Of a stretch of DNA of 64,000 nucleotides, positions 14,200 through 26,979 are shown in pieces (position 1 is the first letter of the stretch; the number at the start of each line of letters is the position of its first letter). Position numbers and translations under genes: made by a program. The stretch is from Raillietiella orientalis (Eukaryota), in assembly GCA_036172245.1 (NCBI GenBank), contig JAYWIR010000032.1:868001-932000 (forward strand), given 5' to 3'. Below the pieces are notes generated by a model. The model had not been told where the DNA came from and did not search any database. It saw nothing but the letters and a program-made list of their open reading frames with translations.

Positions 14200-16400
14200 G
14201 ACAGTATAGCATTCTTCGATGAAGAAGCAGCTGTGAAACCATAGGTCTCGATCTTCAACGCTCGCGGCAGTTGGGTTCGGCCGGCGTTCGGAAGAACAGA
14301 AATCCGTGCCACGCGAGCCCGGACCACTTGCCACCCCACGCCAAAACATGTGCGGCTAAGGATGCCTTCGAGGTCGAGAGAGACCATCGGCAGCAAACTG
14401 CCTACCACAACAGAGTGAACGTCTTCAAACTGGCCCGCCTCAAGCGTGTCTCCTCGGCGTGAAGTCAGCGTGTGCGACTAGCACGAGGGTCAGTAATGCA
14501 CTCGAAAGGGAAAGCCTGTCCCGCTCGAGACTGGTTTCGCGGCGGTACGCATGGTTCTGGAGACGGGTCGGTTTCAAGTGGGTCACCCTACACGAGAGGA
14601 GAGAAGCTCCACATGGGGAGCAGATTTTGCCGAGTACGCCAGCAGGTCTCGGAAAGTGGAGCCGACGTGACGCGTGACTCTCCTCCCTCCATCTCTGGAA
14701 TAGTTCCTCAGGTGAGCGCTACGAGGAGCGGCCGAACGGAAGAACATGGAAGGAGTGCGCCGCTCGAAAGAAAAGCTCATCGAAATTCCAGGGAAGAAGA
14801 GGGAGATCGCTGCTACTCGATGACAGACGTTTGCAGAACACGACAGCACAGTGGCAGCAGAGATCAAAAAATCCTCCAGCCAGAGAACAGGACGGGAGCT
14901 GGTCTCAGAGTGGACTTGAGAAACGAAGGCAAAGATCCTTCCTTCTGCATTGCGGAAGGATCGTGCCTGCGTTGGCGGCAGCGTGGCCGCGGCCTCCGGG
15001 CGTGGCGCCAAGCGAATGCGAACACCTCGTAAAGGATCGACGCCGAGAATGCGGGGTGAGTGGTGGGTTTCGAGTCCCCTCCGCAAGATGACGCTGGTTA
15101 TAGACTCCGGATGAGGCGGCACCAATGGAAACCGGATGGTCCCTTTGACTGGTCGGAATTGAAAGTTGATCCTCCAGGGTTCTTCCAGGCATCAGGGAGC
15201 CGGCTTCCTTCGGGGCTTGTCAAAATGGAGCACCATCGCGTACCATGGAGCTGGTGGATTGATACCTCTCCAGAGCGTCAAGAAGCGCGCTGAAGGAAAC
15301 ACTGAAGAATCCTGAAGGAAACACTCCAGTGTTTCCTTCAGGATTCTTCTCCCAAGAGTAAGAGGAAAGGACTCCTTCCTCAGAAAATTTCCTGGGTTCA
15401 TAGGGTGGTCCCTACGGGGCTGTCACATAACTTGAAGAGTCAACATGCACCCTCGGATGGCGTGAGACAGCATCGAAGAGCTTCCCTTCCAGAGGAGGCG
15501 AACGGTTCTTCGGCACTTGGCGGACCAAAGGAAAAAAAAAAGAGGCTAAACTCCCAAAGGAATCCCATCATCAGTTGCCTGTCCAGATTCGCGTGAAAGA
15601 GCTTCCGGTAGGGAAAGGAGGCGTTTCGTTTGAGTCGGAGAGATGTTGTCCAGTCTACGCCTTTCGGAAGGACGGTACGACGAAGCGCACGCTGACGGAT
15701 GGCGGGTCGGACTTGGCGCAGTTTCGCTTTCGCAGCGGACTCCTGCAATTCTCAGCCACGACTCGCGCGGCTCCGGGGGTTCTTCGTAAGCTGATTGACT
15801 CTCCGGTTCACACACTTGGAGGGAGGGAGAAAGAGGAAAAGGAGATGCACGGTGAAGAGCATCCGGATGACCTCGAAAGTGTTGATGCGAGGCTTCAGCA
15901 AACCGAGGCAACCCTGACAATCTACTCTACTAAGCCAACCATCTCTACAGCCAATAAAGTCACCAAAATTGCAGATTTCTCTCCCTCCCCCTCCTTTCCA
16001 GGATGCAGACGGAGCGGCGCCATGGAAACCGGTAGGAAAAGTGATCGTGCTGGAGTTCCCGAACACTTTTTCGAACGCGTTTGGAGATCCTCGTGCACGT
16101 GTTTTGCTCCACTTTCACATGAATTATGAATATCTCTCTCCCCCCGATGATGTTTGCCTCGCATTCCATCTGTCCGGCAGATCCAGCCAGCCGAATGGTT
16201 CCTTTCCAGGCGCCAGAGAGCGGCAGCTCCCACCGGAGGCCCATCGCCAGAGGATGAAGGGGTCATCACCCTTCCTCCTCGTCAACCGCGTCGAGCATAA
16301 ATCTCCACGCGGAGGTCGTCTTCAACCCGGAGTTGCCAGCCTCTGCGGCCGACAGCCGAGCCGACTCAGCACCCTGAGCGTCCTTCTTTCCGGTGCGGAA
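14200..16400 (+). mobile_element. LINE 5' region: upstream segment, 5' module and ORF1-like remnant
   Basis: 5' module at 14965-15290. Segment 14440-14500 is similar to 24670-24730. Downstream VYAFRKDGTTKRTLTDGGSDLAQFRF resembles LLAFKRNASKSQLREYTTLEGLQF of the 62.8-kb copy. KVIVLEFPNTFSN is RRM-like. Confidence 0.55.
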
Positions 16401-16699
16401 GTAGTGGAGATGGGTCTTCGCGACCTGGATGCGAATACCGGGACTCTCAGCCATCGGCATAGGTGGCGGCGGCGGCGGAGGAGGAGGAGGAAGGAGAAGA
16501 GAGAGAGGGATGGCAGGAAAGAAGAAAGGAATCCCTTTGAAGTTCACACGCCAAGGTGCCTTTTGTCGGCGGGAGTCTCCAGGGGGAGCGCCCGTTGACT
16601 CGCGTCGCTCGGCAAACCAGATGATTCCAGGCCGAGTCTCTCCCTTTTCTATTGTTTACGGCTGGCTCCCAAGACGAGCAATCCAGAGGACAGTGCCCT

Positions 16700-17520
16700 C
16701 TTGGAGCTCTTCTTGATCTTCCGTCCGTTGCTGCGATCGCTGTTGTTGTTGTTGTTTTCCGATGCATGAAGTTATCGATGGCCCTAATGTGGGACATCTT
16801 TGTTCGCGGGAGGCGGCGGAAAGGGGGAGTCCGCCATGCACGCGAAGGTGGAGGCAGCACCGGACGAAATTGCTCAACTCTGAGAATTCCCAGCCGGGGA
16901 CTGTGGCAAGAAAAAAAAACAAAAACAAAGGGAAGGAGTTGAAAGCGAGAGGCCATCACGCTCTCGCTTCTTCGCTTTGCAGTGCAGCGGCCACTACAGC
17001 CATCTCCATGAGGTCGCGGAAGAAGCAGAGTCTCTCGCACATCATCGGTCTGCATCGAGAAGGACGGCCTCCGCATCTCTCGCAGCGAATCTGCGAGTCG
17101 TCGGCAGCCCTTCGTTTCGAAGACTCGTTGAGTAGCCGCCTCCTCTGTGGCGACTGACCCGAGGAGGGAAGAGAAGTGCGAGAGGAAGAGGAAGAGGAAA
17201 ACGAGGAGGAAAAAGAGAGGGAAGGAAGGACGAGGAAAAGAAGGACGAGGAAGAGGAAAACGAAGAGGAAAAAGAGAGGGAAGGAAGGACGAGGAAAAGA
17301 AGGACGAGGAAGAAGAAGGGATCAAAAGGAGGAGATAAAAGAGGAAGATGTGGAAGAGTCCACGTTCGGGTCAGCTGCCTTCGTTCTGGCTACTGACCGG
17401 AAGGGAGAAGAGAAGAGGAGGAGGAAGAGAAAGACGAGGAAGGGAGAAAGAGGAGGAGGAAATGGAGGGTGAAAGAGTCTGGATTCAAGTCAGCGGCCTC
17501 CGCTTTGGCGACTGACTTTA
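16700..17520 (-). mobile_element. Possible LINE ORF1 tail and start of APE endonuclease
   Basis: Three SVAxxEAAD-type peptide repeats separated by low-complexity tracts, then KGCRR...DDVRET (NxRG...LQET-like) and LGILR. Confidence 0.3.
17160..17470. repeat. Purine-rich (GAGGAA-type) low-complexity tract with a 60-bp tandem duplication
   Basis: GAGGAAAAAGAGAGGGAAGGAAGGACGAGGAAAAGAAGGACGAGGAAGA is repeated with a 60-nt period. Confidence 0.85.
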
Positions 17521-18049
17521 AGTAGAATTTCCCGGCTGTGACCTCTCCGAAGGCCTGTGCTCACGCGCGGACGGCACTTGGCCCGGCACATCAGAATGAA
17601 GGGAGTCAGGAGGACGAGGCACGGCGACTTCCGCTTTTCCTCAGCACGCGGGGTCTGAGTGCAGCCTCCGGAGGTCAGACTGAAGGCAATTCAGGAGAGA
17701 AAAGGAAGAGATGGTAGTGCCGATAGCGACACACGAGAGATCCCTAACCGCGGAACCGGTCCGCTATCTGACAGGCAGAAGCCCTGAGGAATTTTTCCGT
17801 TTGCAGGAAAGATCTGCAGAAAATGGTAACCTCACGATCCCTCCACAAGAGATGTCGTCACTGCTTGCCTGCCAGCTCATCTCTTCAGATGCGGAAAGGA
17901 GTGCGTGTGCAGAGGGGAAGAGGCAAAGAAGGAAGGATAGCTTTCAGGTAGATTGTTCGGAGGACTTAACCCCGTAAGCCGCCGTCTGGCCGCGCGCGCC
18001 ACGAGCCGTCGCCAGACGGCCGTGGCCCGCGGTGTGGGAGAAGCAACTG

Positions 18050-18600
18050 GAAAGCACCTGACCACTGCGGCGGAATCTGCTCTGAAAACGGAAGGACTGT
18101 CATCCTGGATATCCGAGGGATGGCCTGAGGCAAGAGAGGAAAGGAGGTCTTCTGCGACCTTCGCTAGGATATGTCGGTGCTGCCATCCCTACAAGATCTA
18201 CTTTCCTGTAGAGCAAGGACTGTTGCCAAGCCCGCTGATGGCAACCTAACTGAGAAATTTTCCCGGAGGTGGAAGTAATTGGCACAGTCGGTTCCGCAGC
18301 ACAGGTCCCGATGGGTGGCATTGGATTCGCAGCAGAGATGGAATGCCCTCTGGTTACGCACTATAACGAAGCATCGCGACTTCACCAATCAGGGAGGAAA
18401 TGGCTCTCTCGACCCCTATTAACCCTCTGGTGATGCTTTTCGTCTGTCTACGGCCACCGACTAGAGCATGAACCACCAAAGGGACATCCAGTCTTTCTGC
18501 AGGAATGGGAAGCAGATTTCTGTGTGGTCCCAAGACCACGGCCCCGCTGACCAGGGATGGTTACCCTCTGTAGCGTACCCCTGTGATCTCGCCTGGATCT
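18050..18600 (+). mobile_element. Decayed LINE ORF2 post-RT fragment
   Basis: MGGIGF...RWNALWLRTITK (GGLG-like motif that follows L1/Tx1 RT). Confidence 0.35.
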
Positions 18601-19174
18601 TCTCGTTATGACGCCACGTGAACCGACACGCGCCTGGTCCTCGCTAGCACCACCGTTTGATCTGATGATGCACCCTACTCAGGGAGACGAGCTCCTTGGA
18701 GGAAGGTCCCGCTACGGGTAGGCGGTTCTTAGAGGGGTGGACGTCTGTCTTATCCCACGGGAGGACCTCGGGAGCACCGCGCGGTGTCAGGGGGACGTGG
18801 CGCTTTGCCCCGCTGCAAAAACCCCCGGAGCAAAAAGGGAAAACGAAGGACAAGGACGGCAGCTCTCCTTTTCACGCTCCTGCCACCGCTGTGATCCTCC
18901 AGAGGAATGAGAAGCAGGCATCTCCGAGGAGCAGAGAAGGAAGGAACGGAGCAGGAAAGTTCGGAGGCTTCAGTCAACCTTTCCAGGATGGGAGAATTGA
19001 GTGACCGGCCAAACAAAAAAAAGGGGAGATAGATAAGAGACAGGGGTGGAAAGCCTTCCCGACGCGTCCCCCGAGCGTGGTAAAAGCGCAGCTTCTTCAG
19101 CGAAGGATGAAGGACAGCGGGAAGGGAAACGGAGAAAAAGAAGAAAACGGACACGTTTTTCACCGCTTTCATTT

Positions 19175-19500
19175 TACCTGCTCCTCCTTCTTTCCTCTTC
19201 CTCCTCTCCCCTTCCTCCCTTCCTTCCTATTGCTCCACTTCCTTTTTTCCTCTTCCTCATCCTTCCTCTTCCTCCTCTCCCCTTCCTCCCTTCCTTCCTA
19301 TTGCTCCACTTCCTTTTTTCCGCTTCCTCATCCTTCCTCTTGGTCCTCCTCCTCGTTTTCTTCGTCTTCTTCCCTCTCCTCAACTTTCTCTATTCCTTGT
19401 AAATCTTCTTCTTTTTCCCTTCTTTTACTTCTTTATTCTCATCCTCCTCCTCTCCCTTTACGTTCTCCGCTTCCTCCTCTCCACCCTGCATTCCCTTCTT
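19175..19500. repeat. Pyrimidine-rich tract with a ~72-bp tandem duplication
   Basis: TTCCTCTTCCTCCTCTCCCCTTCCTCCCTTCCTTCCTATTGCTCCACTTCCTTTTTTCC occurs twice. Confidence 0.85.
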
Positions 19501-20779
19501 AACTAGTGCTGCAGGAACGTCTCTTCCCAGACCTCCCTGACATCCGGGATGCGCCACGCACCGAGAACCCGGCTCCTTGATGGGGCAGAACACTCCCGAA
19601 TGCCGGAAGTGGCCGAAGGTCGACGCTGAAAGACGAGAAGGAGAATGGGGTGATGGGGGAGAAGCGGACCTCCTGGAGGCGCCCCACCGACCTCTTCCCT
19701 CGTTCCCCTACCGCCGCCGCCACCTGAACCTCTGTCTACGGCCACCGAAAGTACGCAGCCGGACCACGTGCCCAAAGGGAAGGAAGAAGCAAGAGCACGT
19801 TTCCGAGGAAAAGGAGGAACGCGCATGTTCCCTTGATCCCTCCTCCACCAGTCCTCCTCCTGCCGCGCACGCTAGCGCCTTGCACGCGCTCCAGAGAGGC
19901 GAGCCATGACCCTTCTGCCCGTCGGGCCGTCTTCCAGGGAAGAAGGTCCGCTCGCCTCTGCATCCTCTCCTGAAGGAAGAGGAAAAACGGGGGAGGAGGC
20001 GGATCAAAAGGCGCGCTGACCTCGGCAGAGGGCAGGTGCCTTCGGAGACAATGGCCACCCCGCACCTCTTGCCGCCGGCCTGAGGGAGGACGAAGCGACC
20101 CCCGGCTCAGTGAGCATCCCAGAAGGCGGGGTCGAAACTTCCTGAGGGCTTTCGTCAGGCGTGTCCGTTCTTCCCTGAGGGGGACCTGAGCCCCCCGGGG
20201 GCTGGAAGGTCGCCAGCGCGCACTCGCGTCTCACTTACGGAGGCTTCCGCCGCAGGTCGCCAGCGGCGCTACCCCGTCCTCGGCGCCGCCGCCATCCCAG
20301 AGCCACTGCAGCTGCTGCCGGGAGTCTCCGTCCGGGACGAACTGCTCCTCCTCCTCTGTCCTCTCTTCCTGCTGCTGGACCGCAGTCCACCGCCCCACTC
20401 CTCCTTCGCAGACGCTTTCCTTCATCTCCCGCATTTGCACGCATCCCATAGCTCTCTCTTTCCGAGGAAGCGCACGGCCAGGGAGCGATCGCGCCCTCTT
20501 CCACGCGCGGAATGGACGCGAGCGCGCGCGGAGTGGAGGCACCGCCCACGGTGACTCCACCCGCACGCCGAACTTCCGTGAACGCGGCAACTCCCTGCGT
20601 GAGCGTCCATCCCCCGGATAATCCCGGACGCGCAGGGGACAGGAGAAGATCCGAGAGGATTCCGGAGGAGGCGGAGGGACCCCCATCGATCCGGATTTCC
20701 CCTGCCGATCCTTCCGTTCGGAAGCTCTCCCGCTGCCCTTCGGAGGGACCGCAGCTGCCAGACGGCAGCGATGCTTCCC

Positions 20780-21890
20780 ACTCCTTTCTCTTTCCCGCAT
20801 CCTTTCCACCTCTCCTCCCCTCTTCTTCTCCTTCCCTTCTCCCTCTTCCTTCTTCCACCTCCTCCGCCGCGTTTCCTCCTTCCTCCTCCTCCCACCTCTC
20901 TCTTCTTATTCTCTCTCCCCCTCTTCCTATCTTCCTCGTTCCCTCCATTCTCCTTTACCATTCCTTCTGACATGCTCTCAGCCACGGCCTGCCTCCGGGG
21001 GTACACTAACAACCTTTCTTCCTCCCTGCATCTGGCAGCCAAGACCGGAAAGCGTTCCCAGAAGAGCCCCGTCCCCAGCGAGGGATTCCTTCTGCCCCTT
21101 CTTCTCAGTTCTCAGCGAATCGCCTCGGAAAGGGATGGACGCCGCTGCCCACCGCCAGCTCTGCGGCAGCTTCTCTCGCTTCTGGGAGCCGCCACAGAGC
21201 GGTAGGCCGCACTCTCGACGGTGGCTCCGGTGAAAGCACAGCAGGTGGGGTGCCCGCGGGACGCACTCAGTTAGCGCTTTGGGAGGTGGGGAGCAGTGCG
21301 GAGGACTCCCCCATTGGCAGAGTCCCGAAGAAAAGGGAGAGGCGTTCCGGAAGAACGGAGGGTATGCGTCGGAGAAGGGTGCGAATTGTTCAAGGTCCCG
21401 GGGAACGGAGCGTAAATCCCTCGGGAGGGGACGGGGGTGCAAGAAAGGGCGTACTCCTTCTCGAGAGAAGATCCCTGGAGCAAAAGAGCTTCCCGTTTGC
21501 ACAGGGAAGCCCAAAGCCCAAGAGAAAAATCCTTCCTAGTCCACGGGACACGCGCCATGTCGCCATGACACGGGAAAGTCGCTGCTTCTGACATGCGGCC
21601 GCCCCCAGCTGCCTTCTGCACGCCAGCCCACAGCTTTCAGAAAGATGGAGACCTCCTCTCTCAAGACTCCGTGAAAGTGGACGGGAAAGAAAACGGAAAA
21701 AGAAACGAAGGACGCGGAGGAAGACAACGAAAGGGCGAAGACAGAGGAAAGGAGGAATGGAGGAAGAGGAGGAAGGAGGGGCAGGAAGACGTGGAACAGA
21801 CGAGGAGAAGAAAGAGGAGGGGAAGCCGAGGAGGAGAGGGAGGGAGGAGGAGAGAAGAGTGGAGGAGAAGAAGGGAGGATGAAGGAGGAG
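20780..21890. repeat. CT-rich (20780-20960) and GA-rich (21700-21890) low-complexity tracts
   Basis: Direct inspection; these tracts generate spurious K/R/E- and S/P/L-rich ORFs. Confidence 0.7.
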
Positions 21891-23129
21891 AGATCATCTT
21901 TCTGCTTAATCACCCACCGTCGTCCAGAAAGCGCTCGATGCTTGGAACTTCCCGGAGACAAGGCGGACTTCCTGCTAAAGAGAAGCGGTGTTCGCGTGTG
22001 CTGCGTGGTCGAGTGGAGGCATCACGAATCGGCGGCTCCTGGTCGTCTCACCGAGCGCCCGCTGCTCTGCCGCATCATCATAGTTGCAGGACGGAGCCTT
22101 GAGCTCTTTCTGGGCCCTACCCCAGGGGCATCGAAAGCGGTTGCTGCGACCCAGACCCTGCACCTATCCGGGATCCTGTTAGTCGGCGCTGCACAAGCGC
22201 CACCGTGATGCCGTGCTGTGCGCGCTCAACACGCCCTCTAGGAGTCGTGGGATAACCGGGGACCGAGGAAAGAAATGCTTCCTGGAACACGATCGGGCCC
22301 CATCTCTCCCCCTCCTACATTTCCCACTCTTGGGCATCACCTGCCGTCAGCGAGAGCGCGACTGTCTCCAAGGCACTCCGGTGCCGTGCGCACGCCGGAT
22401 GCACCTCGGCGCGTACGTTCGGAATCGCTTCCGTCCGCGAGCGCGCCCTCTATCGCTGGCTCCGGACACTCCTGAATTATCCAGCTTCGGTCGGGCTGGC
22501 GCTGCTCCCGAGCCCTTCCCACCCACCCTGACCCGCGTTCTGTCCTTCGACTCCTGAAGGAGCCATCGGCGAGCGGGGAGAGGAAGACCCTACGACGTTT
22601 GCCCCTGCATCTCAGGTGCCTCCCCCTCCCCTCGAGAGCGACTCGGAAAACTCGCGCGCTGATCTCTTGCGGCAGCTCGCGTGTCGCGGCATCCATTACC
22701 AGTACCCCGTTGTCTCCTACCCGTTCTAATAAGGAGGCGAATGAGGAGGGTCTGGCGGCATGAATTTAAAGATCGCCTGCTTCCTGGGCACGCATATCGG
22801 CCGATTGGCTCGAGGAGTCACGTGCACGCGCGTTTGTTTGTTTGTTTTTCGCTCCCATATTGCTGCTGAATATTGCGGAATTTTTGCACACGTCCGTGGT
22901 CCACGGGGACTGTTTCTCCTCCTCCTTCTTCCACTTCAAGTCGGCTTCAACCTCGCGGCATCCGAAAGGGGTGCCGTCGACGCACATTCCGTCCGCTCCG
23001 GCCCGAGGTTCCCCGAAATCCGCGGAACGTGTTCGATTTTCCAGGGAGTGCGTGCCCGTTCGACACGCTGCTCCCGGTCCCTTCGACTCCCGAAACGCCC
23101 CGAGGCTAAATTAGAACTGAAGACTTCGA

Positions 23130-23865
23130 GGGCGCTCCTCGCTGGACCCGCCCGCTTGTACGGAAATCCTCCCCAAGAAGCGCAGTGCTCCCTCTCCGAG
23201 CTGGTACTCTTGTTGTTGCACTGACGTCTTCCCTGCAACGCCCGCCGACGACGCCGAACACGGGTGTGCGATCCCGTCTTGTTGCGGGTGGCAGGGAACG
23301 GAAATCCCTCCCGCGCCTGCTTGTGGATTGTGTCGCCCTCTGTCCCTTGTGGAAATGTTTGAGGACGACTCCGCGGACCCCGGCTGGCAATCCCGAGGAC
23401 GTTTCCAAGCACCTCTCCATGGGGGATACCCCTCTGCCCGCCGCAGCCTCAGCAGCCCTTCGCTTCATCCGCGGGATTGCGACGGGCCCGGAGCGATGCC
23501 GAAGCAGGAACGAACGAAAGCCAGGAGTAATTGGCTACGAGCTCCGCCTCCTGAGGATAGCAGCCAGATGGCCCCACCTGGGCGCTATCCAGACGGACTT
23601 AGCCGGCATCCTGGAAAGGATGCATAAGACTCTCCCTAGCGGACGGTGATCCCTTCCCGGCCCTCCGCAGTGTTCTTTGTCTATTATTTTCCATTTTATT
23701 TTTCTTTTCGTTTTCTCCCCTCCCCACTGCTGCCGAGGTGAACGCTCGGGTCTGCGTTCCGGCAACCCTGTAGGTCCTCTGTAGAAGAATTGGACGTCGC
23801 AGGGCTACGCACCCCACTACAATATCGCAAGTTTTCAATAAACGTCCCGGCGTGACTGGGTGGGG
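23130..23865 (+). mobile_element. L1/Tx1-like LINE 3' end (C-terminal zinc-finger region, 3' UTR, terminal hairpin)
   Basis: KSLPRLLVDCVALCPLWK...RIAARWPHLGAIQTDLAGILERM-stop, a T-rich UTR, AATAAA at 23837 and a CCCGG-N5-CTGGG hairpin. Confidence 0.8.
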
Positions 23866-24149
23866 CAAGTCCATGGCCTCTGAGTGGAAACACAAGGCCG
23901 CAGAGCGCTGCCACGCTATCTGGAGTCTGTAGCCAGATTCCTTACTAACTCTGCTCCTTGAAACGACGAACCCGGATGTATCTGTGGCTTTTTTGTTGTT
24001 GTTGTTGTTCCTTTTACGACAATGTGTACACCGCGAACTCCTTATCCGTGTTGGTTCTACTCTACTGCCATCTAACCGATTCATAATTCATGGGCCTTTA
24101 TAACTGACCACACCATTCCTTCGTGTCCGGCCGCGTCCGGTACACTCGC

Positions 24150-24475
24150 TGAGGTGTGTACCGGATTTTACGGATAGCAGTCAAATGGTCCCACCTGAGC
24201 GCTATTCGGAGACCTAGCTGGCATCCTGGAAAGGATGCAGACTCCCTCCAGTGGATAGTGATGTTTTCCCGACCCTCCCAAAGATTTTTACTAATTTTTA
24301 TTTACTCTTGCTTTTCCTTTTTCTTTTTGTTTTCTCCCATCCCCCTCCGCTGCCGAGGTGAGACTCTCACCTGCAACCCGGCAGGTCCTCTGAAGAAGGG
24401 AGGACTATGCGCCCCATTACAATAGTCGCGAGTTTCTTGTCGTCTCAATAAACGCCCCGGCGTGAGCGGGTGGCA
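24150..24475 (+). mobile_element. Same LINE family, short 5'-truncated 3' end
   Basis: Clear nucleotide similarity to 23540-23865 (GGATAGCAG...TGG.CCCACCTG.GCGCTAT...GGCATCCTGGAAAGGATGCA); AATAAA at 24447. Confidence 0.8.
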
Positions 24476-24599
24476 ACCCTGAGAAGCTGAGTCGGAACCG
24501 GCGGGAAACGCTGCGCGGATGCGCGCGCGGCCACGCTCGTGCGCGCCGGGCTCAGGCACTCGCCAACCTCCCGGCGCAGTACGCAGCCGACTTGGAACG

Positions 24600-25560
24600 C
24601 AGGCTCCAGTCCCCCGTTGGACGGGCGGAGAGGCGAAGAAGAACCCCTGCCGCCACCCGTGAAGTGCGCGAAGCGTCATTCCCGGTGAAGCACCGGAGTC
24701 ACCTCTTGCGACTCGCACGCAGGCTGGGTGAGAGCGCCCACCACCTTCGCAAAAGGCCTGCGCACCAAAACCGAAACCAAACGAAACGCGCCATCAGTAA
24801 CCTGTCAGCCGTTCCTCCTCCTGCCAACAGCTATCACGGTGTTTTCGTTTCGATGGCAACCTGATAAGTGCGTCCGCATTGACGTGTGTGTGTTCAGTGA
24901 ATAAAAGATTTAAGGCGACGACAGTCGTAGCGAAAGGAAAAAGACGGAAGGAAGAAACAGGTGACCTGCTTTGCTCTGCGGCGCATCCGCTTCGCCCAGC
25001 CCCCGCCAAAGGAACAGATGCGAAGAACAGAAACCGCTCCAGAATGGTGACCGGGGAACCAGAATGCCCAGGCAACCAGGCCCGCGTTGGCGGCCGCGCG
25101 GCACCGAGCGCTGCGCGTTCGAATCCCCACGTGGAGGAGGATCGGCGCCGAGAAGTGGATGAGGCGTGGGTTTCCAGCCCCCCCATCTTCCTGCAGGATG
25201 GCGCTGGTTGACCTACGGGCTTCGGACGTGGCACCGGTGGAAGCCCGAAACCGGATGCCCCCGATGACTGTTCGGGATTGAAAGGTTCGACTCTTCGGGG
25301 TCCTTCCAGGAATCAGGGAGCCGCGAACTTCCCTTCCGGTTGTGAAAATAAAAGCCGTCCATCGCGTTCCATGGAGCTGGCTGATACTCCCCTCGAGGCA
25401 TTTGCCTGTCCAGAGTGTAAGAAGCGCGCTGCTCCCTTCGGGGAGCACCCTCTAGAGATACTGGGAAGCGTCTCTCCGGGGTTCTCTTCAGAGGAGGAAA
25501 CAGGAAACGATCTGCTTGCGGTGAGTCCCTCTGGAGAAGAAATTCCAGGAACGGATCCTT
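24600..25560 (+). mobile_element. LINE 5' region with 5' module
   Basis: GTTGGCGGCC...GTTCGAATCCCC...CAGGATGGCGCTGGTTG...TTCCAGGAATCAGGGAGCC...CCATGGAGCTGG, as in the other copies. Confidence 0.7.
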
Positions 25561-26979
25561 GGTTCCCTTTGGAGATGAAACGCGGAAAAAATGCAAAAGG
25601 TTCCTTTCGTGGTCCACTCCCCCCCCCACTAAACGTAGGATGTCTTCCTCCGGAGCCTTCTTGCATTCGAACTCAACCTGGAGGACTGGAGCAAAAAAAA
25701 AAAAATCGAGGACATCTTCACAGAATACTGACTGGAAATTAACTGGGGCTTACTGTCCCTGGGTGCCCCCTTTTACTTGAAGAGTGGTGAACGCGCGCAC
25801 CCTCGGGCGGCGTGAGTAGAGAGCTTCGTGACCCTCCCCACGGACGCAGACGGTTCTTCAGTACTCAGCTGACGGGCCGCCTGTGGGAAAGCGAAAAGCT
25901 AATCTTTTACCGTCTGTTCATTTTTCGCCTTGACCGATGCGTCCTTCCCCCCGCGTCGTCTGCGGCGGCATCTTCGTGCCGACTCCGTGGATTACGCTTT
26001 GGGGCATTTCGTTTCGTGTGGCATGAGCACCACTCCCATGGGAACGCTCTTTCGATCACGAAACGGATGCAAGAGCAGCCCGTGCACGGCCTGCAGCCCG
26101 AATCGCCCGGTCGATCGGAAGCCAAAGGGTTGTTCGTCCGTTGAGGAGCAGCGGCCACACCACTGCGACGGTGGAATTTCTGTTAGGCACGCCACGGAGC
26201 TGAAATGCAGGAAGATGCAGGAAATCGCTGGCGTCCGGGCTGCCTGTGCAGCCTCCATTTTATGGCACACTGCATGCTCTGGTAAGCCGCTCTGTTTGCT
26301 CTCGAAGAACGACCATCCGCCATGCCGAATGCTTTTGTTTCGTGCTCACGGCAGCAGCCTGTGTGAAGGGTTCCAGCAAGTTTACTGACCGCCGGAGCAA
26401 TAGCTGTTGGCCATTTAGCTGTTGGTGGTTCATCTTTCTTTCTTCTTTCCACAGTCGCGGCAGTCGTAATTTATTTAAGAATCGTAGTGTTGCTCAGGGT
26501 CACTGGAATCCCTTCGAGAATTCTTCTTGGATGTAATTGCGTGTGTAATTACAGCCTAGATACTGACAGCGACGTCAGCAAGCAAAGACACGGTGCCACC
26601 TCTCCTAACGGACACATGATATCAGCAACAAACTCAAAATCTGTGGATCGAAGACTGACTTTATTTTTTATCTCATTTCAAATCCAAATTACAAGTGGTT
26701 ACAGATACATACGGTAATTGATTTATTATCTTTCTTTAAAGAATAGCCTGCTTTAATTTTTCGATTTCCTGCCTTTCTTGTTCTCCTTTTTTTTTTCCTC
26801 TTTGGAGGGAGGGCTTCTTTTTTGGAACCTTTGCGTTTCTTAGGAGACAAAGATATGCCAGATGTGAAGCATTTCAAGATTCGCGACACAGCAGGCTTTG
26901 ATTTTTGGTTGATGCTGGACCGATTGAAATGAGAACACTTTGCCGAAATGCACAGTACGTAAGAATCAGCTCTTGAATT

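Noticed and set aside
17097..17520. CRISPR-like repeat-spacer pattern
   Set aside because: There are only three degenerate units with unequal low-complexity spacers, and the variation is codon-like.
16447..22102. Long K/R/E-rich or S/P/F/L-rich ORFs (e.g. 16447-17325, 20235-20948, 21593-22102)
   Set aside because: They arise from GA/CT low-complexity tracts and GC-rich decayed TE sequence, with no recognisable domains or splice structure.
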